In this document: positions 25,361 through 37,053 of the stretch, one piece after another | How positions within the stretch are numbered: the stretch's first letter is position 1 | How the letters are laid out: each line of letters begins with the position of its first letter | Assembly (NCBI RefSeq): GCF_044704955.1 | Contig: NC_091990.1 | Location: 9,052,001 to 9,116,000, forward strand | Origin: Pristiophorus japonicus | Taxonomy: Eukaryota | Length of the DNA: 64,000 nt | Direction: 5' to 3' | Made by a program: the position numbers and the translations under genes | Notes under the pieces: model-generated | What the model saw: the letters and a program-made list of their open reading frames with translations, nothing else | Databases searched by the model: none | What the model was told of the DNA's origin: nothing

Positions 25361-25963
25361 TGGACAGGCCGGTCAATCCTCTGTCATTCTCTCTTTAATA
25401 AAACAAAACAAACTCGGGGCACGTGGGCCGGGCTGGGAATTCGGGGCCAGGTGGGGAATGTTCAGTAGCGATGGGCTGCAAAGACCATTGTTTCTCAAAG
25501 GATTCCGATCTCTGCGGCTCAGAGAGCCCAGATCCTCATCAGCCCCTCCCCCCAGATCCTCAACCCCAACCCTCTCCCCCAGGCCCAGATCCTCAACACT
25601 GGCCTCACGGCTCTACAATTCCCCTCCCCCGGCCCCAGGACCCCCTCCCCCCAAATCCTCAACACCCCAACCCTTTCCCCCTGCCCAGATCCTCAACAAC
25701 CCTCCCCCAAAACATCCCCCGGACCCCCACCCCCGCAAATCCCCGTCCTGCTCCCACTCTCTCCCCCCCCCCCGACTCCCCGGGACACCACCCTCCCATC
25801 AGCCTGCAACCCCCTCCCCCCAGATCCTCAACATCCCTCGCCCCTGGACCTCCTCACCTCCCCCCTCCCCTCCCCCCCCGTTCAGATCCTCAAACTCGCC
25901 CCCTCCCCCGCTCCGGGCTGCAGATTTGATGGTCTCAATGTCACCGCCGCTGAAGCTGCAGCC

Positions 25964-25977
25964 GTTACCAAGGCAAC
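25964..25977. promoter_or_regulatory. RFX X-box-like palindrome GTTACCAAGGCAAC in a GC-rich island (about 25400-26130)
   Basis: Fits the GTTNCC-N(0-3)-RGYAAC consensus; lies in non-repeat CpG-containing sequence beside a C-rich low-complexity tract. Confidence 0.45.
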
Positions 25978-26439
25978 TGCAGGAGTGAAGTCCCAAAGGT
26001 GGCCCCGGGCTGGAGGGACACCGCATTCCATGGCCACCATCCCGCCTGCCTCACCTCACAAACCTCACCGAGATCTCACGGTGCCGCTGGTCACTTCCCT
26101 CGGTCTTGCTTTAAAAAGTGACCGATACAAACCTTCCCTCCAGCTCGGTGCCTGTGGGACACAGCATTACTGCTCGGAGTGGGTCTTGGGCTGTCACACT
26201 CCAACCCTGTATAGTGACACATGTAATGTAACTTGTTGAATGTGCTACAATGTATCCCGTATTGTATCGAATTGTACTTGAACCGAAAAGCAAGGAAATG
26301 TATCGAACAGAACTGCCGTCAGCACCCAAATGTAGTGTATGGGATTGCTGACCGCAGCTAAATGTACTGAACTGCTTCTGAATGTACTGTACAAATTTTT
26401 ATATGAATAAAGTACATTTTGAAAAAAAAACTCCAACCC

Positions 26440-26785
26440 TCTGGGTGAAAACATTTCCCCTCAACCCCTCCAATCCTCCCCACAATTACTTTAAATCTCT
26501 GACCCCTGGTTGTTGACCCCTCTGTTAAGCGAGATTGGTCCTTCCTATCCACTCTATCCAGGCCCCTCATGATTTTATACACCTCAAATCAGGTCTCCCC
26601 CTCAGCCTCCTCTGTTCTAAAGAAAACAACACCGGCCTATCCAATCTTTCGTCATAGCTAAAATTCTCCAGTCCTGGCAACATCCTCGTAAATTTCCTCT
26701 GCACCTTTTCTACTGCAACCACATCTTTCTTGTAATGTGCTGACCAGAACTGCACGCAGTACTCTAGCTGTGGCCTAAGCCAGTG
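26440..26785 (-). mobile_element. CR1 LINE fragment
   Basis: RPQLEYCVQFWS..VQRKFTRMLPGL. Confidence 0.85.
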
Positions 26786-26789
26786 AGGG

Positions 26790-27327
26790 AACATTTGCGG
26801 CAGGTCGGGGCCTTAAAAGGAGTGACGGCTGGAAGCAGCATGACGGCACACGAGCTGGTGCAGGAGGACAGTGAAGAGAGCGACTGGATTGGACATCACC
26901 ATAATCCAGGTCGGTGATTGGAGCGTGGGCAGCTACAGCAGGAGCGGTGAGGTCAGGCCGAAGGAGCGGCGAGAGTTTGCAGAGCGACATGATCGGGGCC
27001 CAGAAGAGCCGAGGGCCCAGGGGCAACACGGGCCCAGCCCACACTGCGATATGTGCGCGCACTGGGTCCGTGCAGCAGAGCAGGTCTCCAGTCGTCTTGG
27101 TTAATCCTTGCCACTGGACCCAGACCTAGCTCTGTCAAGCCCGTGTGGTGGCTGGTGTGCAACAGCCACCACACTTTAAAAAAAAAATCCACACACAGGC
27201 ATCTTCCACCCTTCAGGATGTAGTTCGGGATCCGGAATATTAGGTCCTTTATTGAAACACCTGTGAACTCATCCCTTTTTGGCGTGGAAGCAAGTCATCC
27301 TCGATACGAGGGACCACCTAAGAAGAA
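26790..27327 (+). mobile_element. Non-autonomous element with an RTE-type 3' tail (copy 1)
   Basis: About 500 bp similar to 39556-40125 in inverted orientation; ends GTGGAAGCAAGTCATCCTCG..GAGGGACC..AAGAAGAAG. Confidence 0.7.
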
Positions 27328-27477
27328 GGTGGTTAGTGTGGGTGCACTGTGTGTTTTAATGCACGAGACGTTCCTTGATAATCCCTGTTCAGCAGGAAAA
27401 AATCCGATTTTAAGGAGGAATTCATTTGGTGGTTGCGTTAAAAATAAGACTACAATGCTGGGAATTTCAAAGGAACG

Positions 27478-27850
27478 TGAGCGTTGCTGGCAAGGCCGGC
27501 ATTTATTGCCCATCACTAATTGCCCCTCGAGAAGGTGGTGGTGAGCCGCCTTCTTGAACCGTTGCAGTCCGTGTGATGAAGGTGCTCCCACAGTGCTGTT
27601 AGGGAGTTCCAGGATTTTGACCCAGCGACGATGAAGGAACGGCCGATATATTTCCAAGTCGGGATGGTGTGTGACCCGGAGGGGAACGTGGAGGTGGTGG
27701 TGTTCCCATGCACCTGCTGCCCTTGTCCTTCTAGGTGGTAGAGGTCACGGGTTTGGGAAATAGATAGATAGACATCCTGCAGATAGTAAACAGTGCAGCC
27801 ATGATGTGCTGGAGTAGGGGGCAGGAATGAATGCTGGAAATGCAAAGCCA
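27478..27850 (-). mobile_element. CR1-group (L2/Crack-like) LINE 3' fragment
   Basis: SFIVAGSKSWNSL..LQRFKKAAHHHLL; homologous to 37230-37557 and 30260-30960. Confidence 0.7.
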
Positions 27851-28249
27851 TGGTGTCACATCTGTAAGTGAAGCTGGTGGTTCAGGCAGGGGCGACTGTT
27901 GGGTGATGCAACTGTGCAATTGTCCGGGTTCTCTGGCCACCACTGGCAGGATTTAGCAGTCCGGGCCGGCCGAGCTCTCAGCCCCACCGACTCCACTTAT
28001 CCATGGGGATCTTTCCCTTCCTTGACTAAACTATCGCACAGTCAGGGGCCCTGGGCAGATCCAGTCCCCAAGCCAAAGCTTTGCACAGGGCGCCCATGTG
28101 GCAAACTCTGCCCCTGGGTTTACCCGAGACCATTCATTACAGCCTCACCCTCCCCACCACCTTTATTTCAGAATTGATCTCGAGGGGCCTTGTTGTGTCG
28201 ACAAATTATGTACACCATTTTAAAAATTACAGAATCCCTTTTGAGCAAT

Positions 28250-28555
28250 CTCATTGGCCAATAACAATCACTTGCCCATTCCAAGTGGATTCTAGTAATC
28301 TTATTGGCTAGTAACAATCACGTGACATTTCCAAATCTTGGTTCAACTTTCTGGACATCCCATTGGTCAGCAGTAATCGACTAACTATCAGCGAGTGTTA
28401 CTTTGCAACATGACCATTTCCTGGTTTTCTCCGTGGTAACCAGGTGCAGGATTGTTGTTGTTCTCTGCAGACGTGACAATGACCAGTGACATCACGCAGC
28501 AGAACTCCCACCCCTCCGCCCCGCCCAAGTGCTGCACTGCCAGGGTCATAAATCC
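28250..28555. promoter_or_regulatory. Orphan promoter-like motif cluster
   Basis: CCAAT/ATTGG at 28253, 28258, 28303 and 28362; TCACGTGA 28318-28325; TGACATCA 28487-28494; GC box 28519-28526. Confidence 0.4.
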
Positions 28556-28964
28556 AGGTCTGGAGACTCCAACTGATCTTTCTTTCATCAGCACCAGATG
28601 TGCTGGTTCATTTTCTCAATGAAGCTCCAAGTTGACTCTTACAGAAAGCCTGGGTTTTTTTCTATCTCAGCAAAGGGTCACCAGGAGTGCCTGCATTTTG
28701 AATATCTGACCATTCAAATTTAAAAAGGAATTTGTCGGTAATGTACACACACGACATGGTTTTACGTCAGGCTAATTCTACTCCCAGCCTGACACTGAAG
28801 AAACTTGCAACGTTGTATTGAAATAAATATTGTGCCGAGACCAGAACTGCAATCGGCTTTGAACCCGCGACTGGGTTTAACGCGCGACTGGGTTTAACGC
28901 GAATCCAGGCAAAAAGTACCTATTTTGGCACAATCTCAAATATCATTTTTTATTATATGTACTC

Positions 28965-30215
28965 AGGATTTGTAAAAGGCAAATCATGTTTAACTAACTT
29001 GATGCAGTTTTTTCATGAGGTAACAGGGAGGGTTGTTGAGGATAATGTGGTTGACGTGGTGTACATGAATTTCCAAAAGGCGTTCGACAAAGTGCCACAT
29101 AACAGGCTTGCCAGCAAAGCTGAAGCCCATGGAATGTAAGGGACAGTGGCAGCATGGATACGGGATTGGCTGAGTGGCAGGAAACAGAGAGTGGTGGTGA
29201 ACGGTTGTTTTTCGGACTGGAGGAAGGGATACAGTGGTGTTCCCCAGGGGTCGATACTGGGACCACTGCTTTTCTTGATATATATTAATGACTTACATGT
29301 GGGTGTACAGGGCACAATTTCAACATTTGCAGATGACACAAAACTTGGAAGTAGAGTGAACAGTGAGGAGGAGAGTGATAGACTTCAGGAAAACATAAAC
29401 AGGCTGGTGGAATGGACGGGCACGTGGCAGATGAAATTTAACAGAAAAATGTGAGGTGATACATTTTGGTAGAAAGAATGAGGAGAGGCAATATAAACTA
29501 AAGGGTACAACTCTAAAGGGGTTGCATGAACAGAGAGACCTAGGGGTATGTGTGCACAAATAATTGAAAGTGGCAGGGCAGGTTGAGAAAACAGTTAAAT
29601 AGGCTTACGGGATCCTGGGCTTCATGAATAAAGAATAGAGTACAAAAGTGTGGAAATGATGGTGACCCCCTGTATAAAACACTGGTTTGGCCCCAACTGG
29701 AGTATTGTGTCCAATCTAGCACACCACTACTTTAGGGAGGATGTGAAGGTCTTAGCCAAGATTTAAGAGAATGATTCCAGGGATGAGGGACTTCAGTTAC
29801 GTGGATAGACTGGAGAAGCTGGGGTTGTTCTCCTTGGAGCGGAGAAGGTTGAGAGGAGATTTGATCGAGGTGTTCAAAATCATGAGGGGTCTGGACAGGG
29901 TAGATTGAGAGAAACTGTTCCCATTGATGGAAGGGTCGAGAGCCAGGGGTCACAGATTTAAGGTGATTGGCAAAAGAACCAAAGACGATGTAAGAAAAAA
30001 CGTTTTTATGCAGCGAGTGGTTAGGATCTGGAATGCACTGCCTGAGAGGGTGGTGGAGGCAGACTCAAGCTTATTTTTCAAAAGGGAGTTGGATAAGTAT
30101 CTGAAGGAAAAAAAATTGCAGGGCTACGGGGAAAGGGCGGGGGAGTGGAACTAGCTGAGAGTCGGCACGGGCTCGACGGGCCGAATGGCCGCTTTCCTTG
30201 CTGTAATCAATGATT
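28965..30215 (+). mobile_element. CR1 LINE RT and 3' region
   Basis: GFVKGKSCLTNL, FQKAFDKVPH, GVPQGSILGP, FADDTK, IWNALPE. Confidence 0.9.
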
Positions 30216-30259
30216 CTAAGATTCATTTCATGAATACTGGCAAAACCACATGTGGTACC

Positions 30260-30960
30260 TGTCCTGAGGTGATGGCAAGCTAACTTCTTGAACCATTGCA
30301 GTCCATGTGTTTTTTAGTCTTCCTCGATTTCGAGGGACTGCCTATGATGATGGTTGTTAGGTACAGAGTTCCAGGATTCTGATCTAGCTACGATGAAGAA
30401 ATTGTGATTTGTGTCTAAATCAGGATAATGCGTGACTTGAAGGGAAACTTGGAGGTGATGGTGTTCCCGTGACATTGATGCTATTGGCCTTTGCAATAAT
30501 AAATAGAACTGGGAAGTGTTACATAGTATTTACAACACAGAAATAGGCCATTCTGCCCAACAGGTCTATACTGGCGTTTATGCTCCACACGAGCCTCCTC
30601 CCACCCTACCTGTTGAAGTAAGCAGGGTGAGTTGCTGCAGTGCATGCTGCGGACTGTACATACTGCACCGATAGTGGACAGCGGGAACGTTGCATCCAGA
30701 GGTGGGGCAGCAATCAAGCTTTGTCCCAGATGGTGTCACCCTTGCAGGTGAGTGGTGACTTTTCCGTCACACTCCTGACTTGAGCTTCATTGATGGTGGG
30801 TAGGCTTTGAGGGGTCAGGTAATAATCTAAAGGTTGTACAATGCCGAGCCTCTGAATTACTCTTGTAGCCATGGTGTAGATGTGGCTACCCCAGTTAAAC
30901 TTCTCGTCAATGAGAACCTCCAAGATCTGGATGTTGGGGTCTCGGCAATGGTGTTGCATT
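30260..30960 (-). mobile_element. Old CR1-group LINE fragment with short RTE and CR1 tails inserted
   Basis: ILEVLIDEKFNWGSHI..QRLGI..LTPQSLPTI.EAQVRSV degenerate RT thumb region. Confidence 0.65.
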
Positions 30961-31648
30961 AACTAAATAATATTTTTGACAAAATTAAGAGAAAGCCTGT
31001 CATCTCCTGATGGTTTCTGCTGGGCCTCTCCCCAATAATAAACCAGAATATCCACCATCTAACTGTGAGCAACGCTATGGGAGAATAGCAATTGAGAGGG
31101 ATCAACAATTTCTCATTTATTATAAAATTAACAGTGATACGCAGCTGAGCTATAAATTAGTGAGATAAATATGAATATATTCAAATAGTATAGTAATTCA
31201 TTTTTCTAAATGCTGTTTCTGAGGTACACACATACTCACATTCACACAATCGCATTCACACACTCACTAACATTCTCACATTCTCACACACACTTTCTCA
31301 CTCACATTCACACATTCTCACAGACACTCTCTCTCACACACATGTATGTAAACACGTTCTTTCTAGGCATTGCTGAATAGCAATAAGGAGTAGGAACACG
31401 ACCCGATTTCTGTCCTTCCCTCAAATCAATGTTTCGCGTCCTCAATGCTCACTCCTGCTGAGACCGCCTCACTAAGCACGTTCTTGGAGCCTCCTGGTTA
31501 CTGTTCGGGTAAAACAAACAATGAAAGGCCTTTCGGGCTTATCACCAAACTGGACCTTTCAAATCTACAGTGACCTTTACTGGGAATAAAGCGAGAAAAT
31601 TCAGGGAATCTTTGTTTACATTTTATTCTGTCCAAGCAGTGTGGAGAT

Positions 31649-31987
31649 TTAAGTCGAACACTGTGCTGGGTGTTTCCTGGTGTGAGGGGATTCAGTGATC
31701 ATTGAGCCGTCTCCGCTCGGGAACAGAGCCGAGTTCTGGCACCAATAGCAGTCGCAGCTCTGAGGAGAAGACCGGGGCCTCCTTTGCCGCCTCACCTGAT
31801 CGGCCACATAAACAACCAAATGTTCCACCGAGGCGAGGTTACTCTCCAGCTGATAGAGTCTCCGGGCCAGCCGCTCTTGGACAAATATCCCTCTGCGCAA
31901 ACACTGGATCTCTTGCACAGATAAAACTTCAGCAGCCTTGCTGGGAGCAAATGTTCGCTTACAGTAATCTGTCATCTTATATAATAT
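31649..31987 (-). CDS. TMCO2-like paralogue, terminal coding exon (coiled coil plus CxCxxC); first in-frame ATG at 31975 gives 108 aa
   Basis: Acceptor TTTTATTCCCACAG|ATA, phase 0. (ILYK)MTDY..QEIQCLRRGIFVQERLARRLYQLESNLASVEHLV..PQSCDCYWCQ aligns by eye to exon 12666-12983 (KEIKRFRRGLAIQEKIMKKLQQMEIKIRDMEDMI..SSSCVCSQCQ). AATAAA at 31627-31622, about 22 nt after the stop. Confidence 0.68.
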   Translation of the reverse strand: MLYKMTDYCKRTFAPSKAAEVLSVQEIQCLRRGIFVQERLARRLYQLESNLASVEHLVVYVADQVRRQRRPRSSPQSCDCYWCQNSALFPSGDGSMITESPHTRKHPAQCST

Positions 31988-32176
31988 CTGTGGGAATAAA
32001 AATCATTGAATCATTTATATCTGTCGGTAATAAGAGATCATGACATCGTCTCTTTAGAATTGATGTGGAGGAACCTTTACCTAGTTATATATCTTTCTCC
32101 TCCTCCCACCATCCCAGCTGTACCGGTCACTCCAGCACTAAATGTTACTGGGTGTTCTCCCCGGAATTTTCCAGAT

Positions 32177-34669
32177 CCCCCCCCCCCCCGAAACAACCGC
32201 CGCCCCCCACTCAAACCCCCCCACCTCCAAACAACCCCCCCAAACAAAACCCCCCCACTCAAACCCCCCCACCTCCAAACAACCCCCCCAAACAAACCCC
32301 ATCACTCAACCCCCCCAAACTAAACCCCCCAACTCAAACCGCCACCCCCCACTTCCAAACAACCCACCCCCCTAAACAAACCCCCCCCACTCAAACACCC
32401 CCACCTCCAAACAACCCCCCCCCACTCAAACACCCCCACCTCCAAACAACCCCCCCCCACTCAAACCCCCCCACCTCCAAACAACCCCCCCAAACAAAAC
32501 CCCCCCACTCAAACCCCCCCACCTCCAAACAACCCCCCCAAACAAACCCCATCACTCAACCCCCCCAAACTAAACCCCCCAACTCAAACCGCCACCCCCC
32601 ACTTCCAAACAACCCACCCCCCTAAACAAACCCCCCCCACTCAAACACCCCCACCTCCAAACAACCCCCCCCCACTCAAACACCCCCATCTCCAAACAAC
32701 CCCCCCAAACAAACCCCATCACTCAACCCCCCCAAACTAAACCCCCCAACTCAAACCGCCACCCCCCACCTCCAAACAACCCACCCCCCTAAACAAACCC
32801 CCCCACCTCCAAACAACCCCCCCCCACTCAAACACCCCCACCTCCAAACAACCCCCCCCCACTCAAACACCCCCACCTCCAAACAACCCCCCCACTCAAA
32901 CACCCCCACCTCCAAACAACCCCCCCCACTCAAACACCCCCACCTCCAAACAACCCTCCCCCACTCAAACACCCCCATCTCCAAACAACACCCCCCCAAA
33001 CAAAACCCCCCCACTCAAACCGCCACCCCCCACCTCCAAACAACCCCTCCAAACAACCCCCCCCCAAACAAAACCCCCCCACTCAAACCGCCACCCCCAC
33101 CTCCAAACAACCCCTCCAAACAAACCCCCCCCAAACAAAACCCCCCCACCTCCAAACAACCCCCCCAAACAAACCCCCCTCACTCAACCCCCCCCAAACA
33201 AAACCCCCCAACTCAAACCGCCGCCCCCCACTCAAACACCCCCACCTCCAAACAACCCCCCCCCCACTCAAACACCCCCACCTCCAAACAACCCCCCCCA
33301 CTCAAACACCCCCATCTCCAAACAACACCCCCCCAAACAAAACCCCCCACTCAAACCACCACCCCCACCTCCAAACAACCCCTCCAAACAACCCCCCCCC
33401 AAACAAAACCCCCCACTCAAACCGCCACCCCCCACCTCCAAACAACCCCTCCAAACAAACCCCCCCCAAACAAAACCCCCCAACCTCCAAACAACCCCCC
33501 CAAACAAACCCCCCTCACTCAACCCCCCCAAACAAAACCCCCCAACTCAAACCGCCACCCCCCACCTCCAAACAACCTCCCCTCAAACAAAACCCCCCAC
33601 CTCCAAACAACCTCCCCAAACAAAACCCCCCCACTCAAACACCCCCACCACCAAACAACCCCCCCTCAAACAAAACCCCCCACCTCCAAACAACCCCCCC
33701 AAACAAACCCCCCTCACTCAACCCCCCCCAAACAAAACCCCCCAACTCAAACCGCCACCCCCCACCTCAAAACAACCCACCCCCCCAAACACCCCACCTC
33801 CAACAACCCCCCAACAAACCCCCCCCAAACAAAACCCCCAACTCAAACCCCCGCCCCCCACTCAAACACACCCACCTCCAAACAACCCCCCCTAAACAAA
33901 CCCCCCTCACTCAAACACCCCCCCCAAACAAAACCCCCCAACTCAAACCCCCGCCCCCCACTCAAACACCCCCACCTCCAAACAACCCCCCCCCAAACAA
34001 AACCCCCCCACCTCCAAACAACCCCCCCAAACAAACCCCCCTCACTCAACCCCCCCCAAACAAAACCCCCCAACTCAAACCGCCACCCCCCACCTCCAAA
34101 CAACCCACCCCCCCAAACACCCCACCTCCAAACAACCCCCCCAAACAAACCCCCCCCAAACAAAACCCCCCAACTCAAACCCCCGCCCCCCACTCAAACA
34201 CACCCACCTCCAAACAACCCCCCCCTAAACAAACCCCCTCACTCAAACACCCCCCCCAAACAAAACCCCCCAACTCAAACCCCCGCCCCCCACTCAAACA
34301 CACCCACCTCCAAACAACCCCCCCCCAAACAAAATCCCCCACCTCCAAACAACCCCCCCAAACAAACCCCCCTCACTCAACCCCCCCCAAACAAAACCCC
34401 CCAACTCAAACCGCCACCCCCCACCTCCAAACAACCTCCCCTCAAACAAAACCCCCCCACCTCCAAACAACCTCTCCAAACAAAACCCCCCCACTCAAAC
34501 ACCCCCACCACCAAACAACCCCCCCTCAAACAAACCCCCCCCACCTCCAAACAACCCCCCCAAACAAACCCCCCTCACTCAACCCCCCCCAAACAAAACC
34601 CCCCAACTCAAACCGCCACCCCCCACCTCAAAACAACCCACCCCCCCAAACACCCCACCTCCAAACAAC
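32177..34669. repeat. 2.5-kb C/A-rich satellite-like tract (CACCTCCAAACAACCCCCCC / CACTCAAACCCCCC units), G/T-rich on the minus strand
   Basis: Direct inspection; runs into a 200-N assembly gap at 34670-34869. Confidence 0.95.
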
Positions 34670-34869
34670 NNNNNNNNNNNNNNNNNNNNNNNNNNNNNNN
34701 NNNNNNNNNNNNNNNNNNNNNNNNNNNNNNNNNNNNNNNNNNNNNNNNNNNNNNNNNNNNNNNNNNNNNNNNNNNNNNNNNNNNNNNNNNNNNNNNNNNN
34801 NNNNNNNNNNNNNNNNNNNNNNNNNNNNNNNNNNNNNNNNNNNNNNNNNNNNNNNNNNNNNNNNNNNNN

Positions 34870-35940
34870 GGAGGAGGGAGAGGAGGGAGGAGAGAGTGGG
34901 GGGGAGAGAGGGGGAGGAGGGAGGAGAGAGTGGGGGGGAGAGAGGGGGAGGAGGGAGGAGAGAGTGGGGGGGAGGAGGGAGGNNNNNNNNNNNNNNNNNN
35001 NNNNNNNNNNNNNNNNNNNNNNNNNNNNNNNNNNNNNNNNNNNNNNNNNNNNNNNNNNNNNNNNNNNNNNNNNNNNNNNNNNNNNNNNNNNNNNNNNNNN
35101 NNNNNNNNNNNTGGGAGAGAGAGGGGAGGAGGGGGTGGGAGAGGGGAGGAGGGGGTGGGAGAGAGGAGGAGGGGGTGGGAGAGAGAGGAGGGAGGGGGGG
35201 AGAGAGAGAGAGAGAGGGGGGGGAGAGAGAGAGGGGGGGAGAGAGAGAGGGGAGGAGGGGGTGGGAGAGAGGAGGAGGGGGTGGGAGAGAGAGGAGGGGA
35301 GGGGGTGGNNNNNNNNNNNNNNNNNNNNNNNNNNNNNNNNNNNNNNNNNNNNNNNNNNNNNNNNNNNNNNNNNNNNNNNNNNNNNNNNNNNNNNNNNNNN
35401 NNNNNNNNNNNNNNNNNNNNNNNNNNNNNNNNNNNNNNNNNNNNNNNNNNGGGAGAGAGACTGGGGAGGGGGGGGGGGAGAGAGAGAGACGAGGGGGGAG
35501 AGAGAGAGAGAGAGTGACTGGGGAGGTGGGGAGAGAGACTGGGGAGGGGGGGGGGGAGAGTGACGGGTGAGGGGGGGAGAGTGACGTGGGAGGGGGGGAG
35601 AGAGACGGGGGAGGGGGGGAGAGAGACGGGGGAGAGAGGGGGGGGAGAGGGGGGGGAGAGGGAGGGGGGGGAGGGGGAGAGAGACGGGGGAGGGGAGGGA
35701 GAGAGACGGGGGAGAGGACGGGGGGGGAGACGGAGAAGAGGACGGGGCGGGAGAGAGGGAGAGACGTAGGGAGAGAGAGAAGGAGGGGGAGAGTGAGAGA
35801 CGGGGCGGCGGAGTGGGAGAGAGACGGTGGGGAGGGGGGGGAAGAGAGAGAGTCTGGGGTGGGGGCTGAGGGGGGGAGAGATAGCGGGAGCGGGGAGCGG
35901 GGAATAGAGAGCGAGACGGGGGTGGGGTGGCGGGGAGAGA
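34870..35940. repeat. G/A-rich polypurine low-complexity tract containing two assembly gaps
   Basis: GGAGAG/GGGGGA repeats; N runs at 34983-35111 and 35309-35450. Confidence 0.9.
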
Positions 35941-35989
35941 GAGGTTATTTATATTATCTTGGTTTTTTGTTTCAGGATCATTGGCAGAA

Positions 35990-36189
35990 ATGACTCGGTC
36001 GAAGAGGATAGGTAATCACAACAGTGACAAAAAGAAAAGTGTATCCAAACTGTGGAAAACAAAAAGGCGAACTAAAGATTTAGACCAGATTCATGAAGAT
36101 ATGAAACCTGAAAATGCAGACAGATTACTGCACCAGGAAATAGATAGCGACGCCACTGGAAGTGCCCAATTCTATTGCTTACACTGCGC
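35990..36189 (+). CDS. ZNF593: ZNF593 (Bud20 homologue) first coding exon
   Basis: [38 protein letters not shown]; upstream acceptor TTTCAG|G at 35975/35976; donor GC|GTAAGT, phase 2. Confidence 0.95.
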
Positions 36190-36990
36190 GTAAGTAGCTG
36201 CCTTTGGTGAACAATGTGTTTTCCACATTTTAGATGAATTAATATTTCTGGGAAGGAGCGTAGAATTTCTTTCCTGCTGGTATGTTAGAAGATTTGATTG
36301 AATGTTGCACTCATCTGCCACCATAGATGCGTTGTGCTCACGAGCTTAGCCAGCCCATTCTGCCCAGGGCTTGGCTTGGAATTTCTGTCAAAATAACAGG
36401 GCTGAGTTTACCAAAGGGAGGAGTGGTGTGGGGGGCGAGGTGCCTCACCCACTGAGGTACATATTGGCAAACCAAGGGCTTGCTAACCACAATTTCCCAT
36501 CGGTTAGAGACCAAATATGGTTACACAGTCATCTACAAAGATTTCCAGAATTCAACTATCGTTTTTACAACTCGAATTGTGAGCAGCATTAAAAAGAATC
36601 CTCCCTCCCCTGTGACATGTGTCCACGGTGTCTCAGAAATGTAGAATTGCACTTAGAAAAGTTAAAAGGAGAAATCTAGAAAATCGGTAACATCAAATAC
36701 AGTTTTTATATTGGGCACAGTTGCAAATCACTGCGATTGTACACCCCAGTTTTTGAACCACAGCCGCTGCTTTACCTTTATGTTGGGCATTTCCTGGGGA
36801 GCGGTTTGAGCCACCAAACGGTGAGATAGTGGCTCGAGAGGCAGTGTGGCATCGACAGAAGTGGGAGGGGACAATTAGCAAGAAGTTTGAATGGGGAAGG
36901 GGAGAAAGATGAAAATGGTTTGATGAACAGTCACACGAGGTTTAAAGTCCTTTCCTTTTTTCAGTCACCTTTCCTTTGCTTTGTTTTCAG

Positions 36991-37053
36991 GCGATACTTC
37001 ATGGATCAGCGAAGTCTCAAAGAGCATTTTAAAACCAAAGTTCACAAACGCAG
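36991..37053 (+). CDS. ZNF593: ZNF593 second coding exon
   Basis: TTTTCAG|G CGA TAC gives RYFMDQRSLKEHFKTKVHKRR, completing the C2H2 finger; donor AG|GTAATG, phase 2. Confidence 0.95.

Noticed and set aside
32006-35993. Pro-rich, Gly-rich and Glu/Arg-rich ORFs
   Set aside because: Translations of low-complexity repeats and N gaps.
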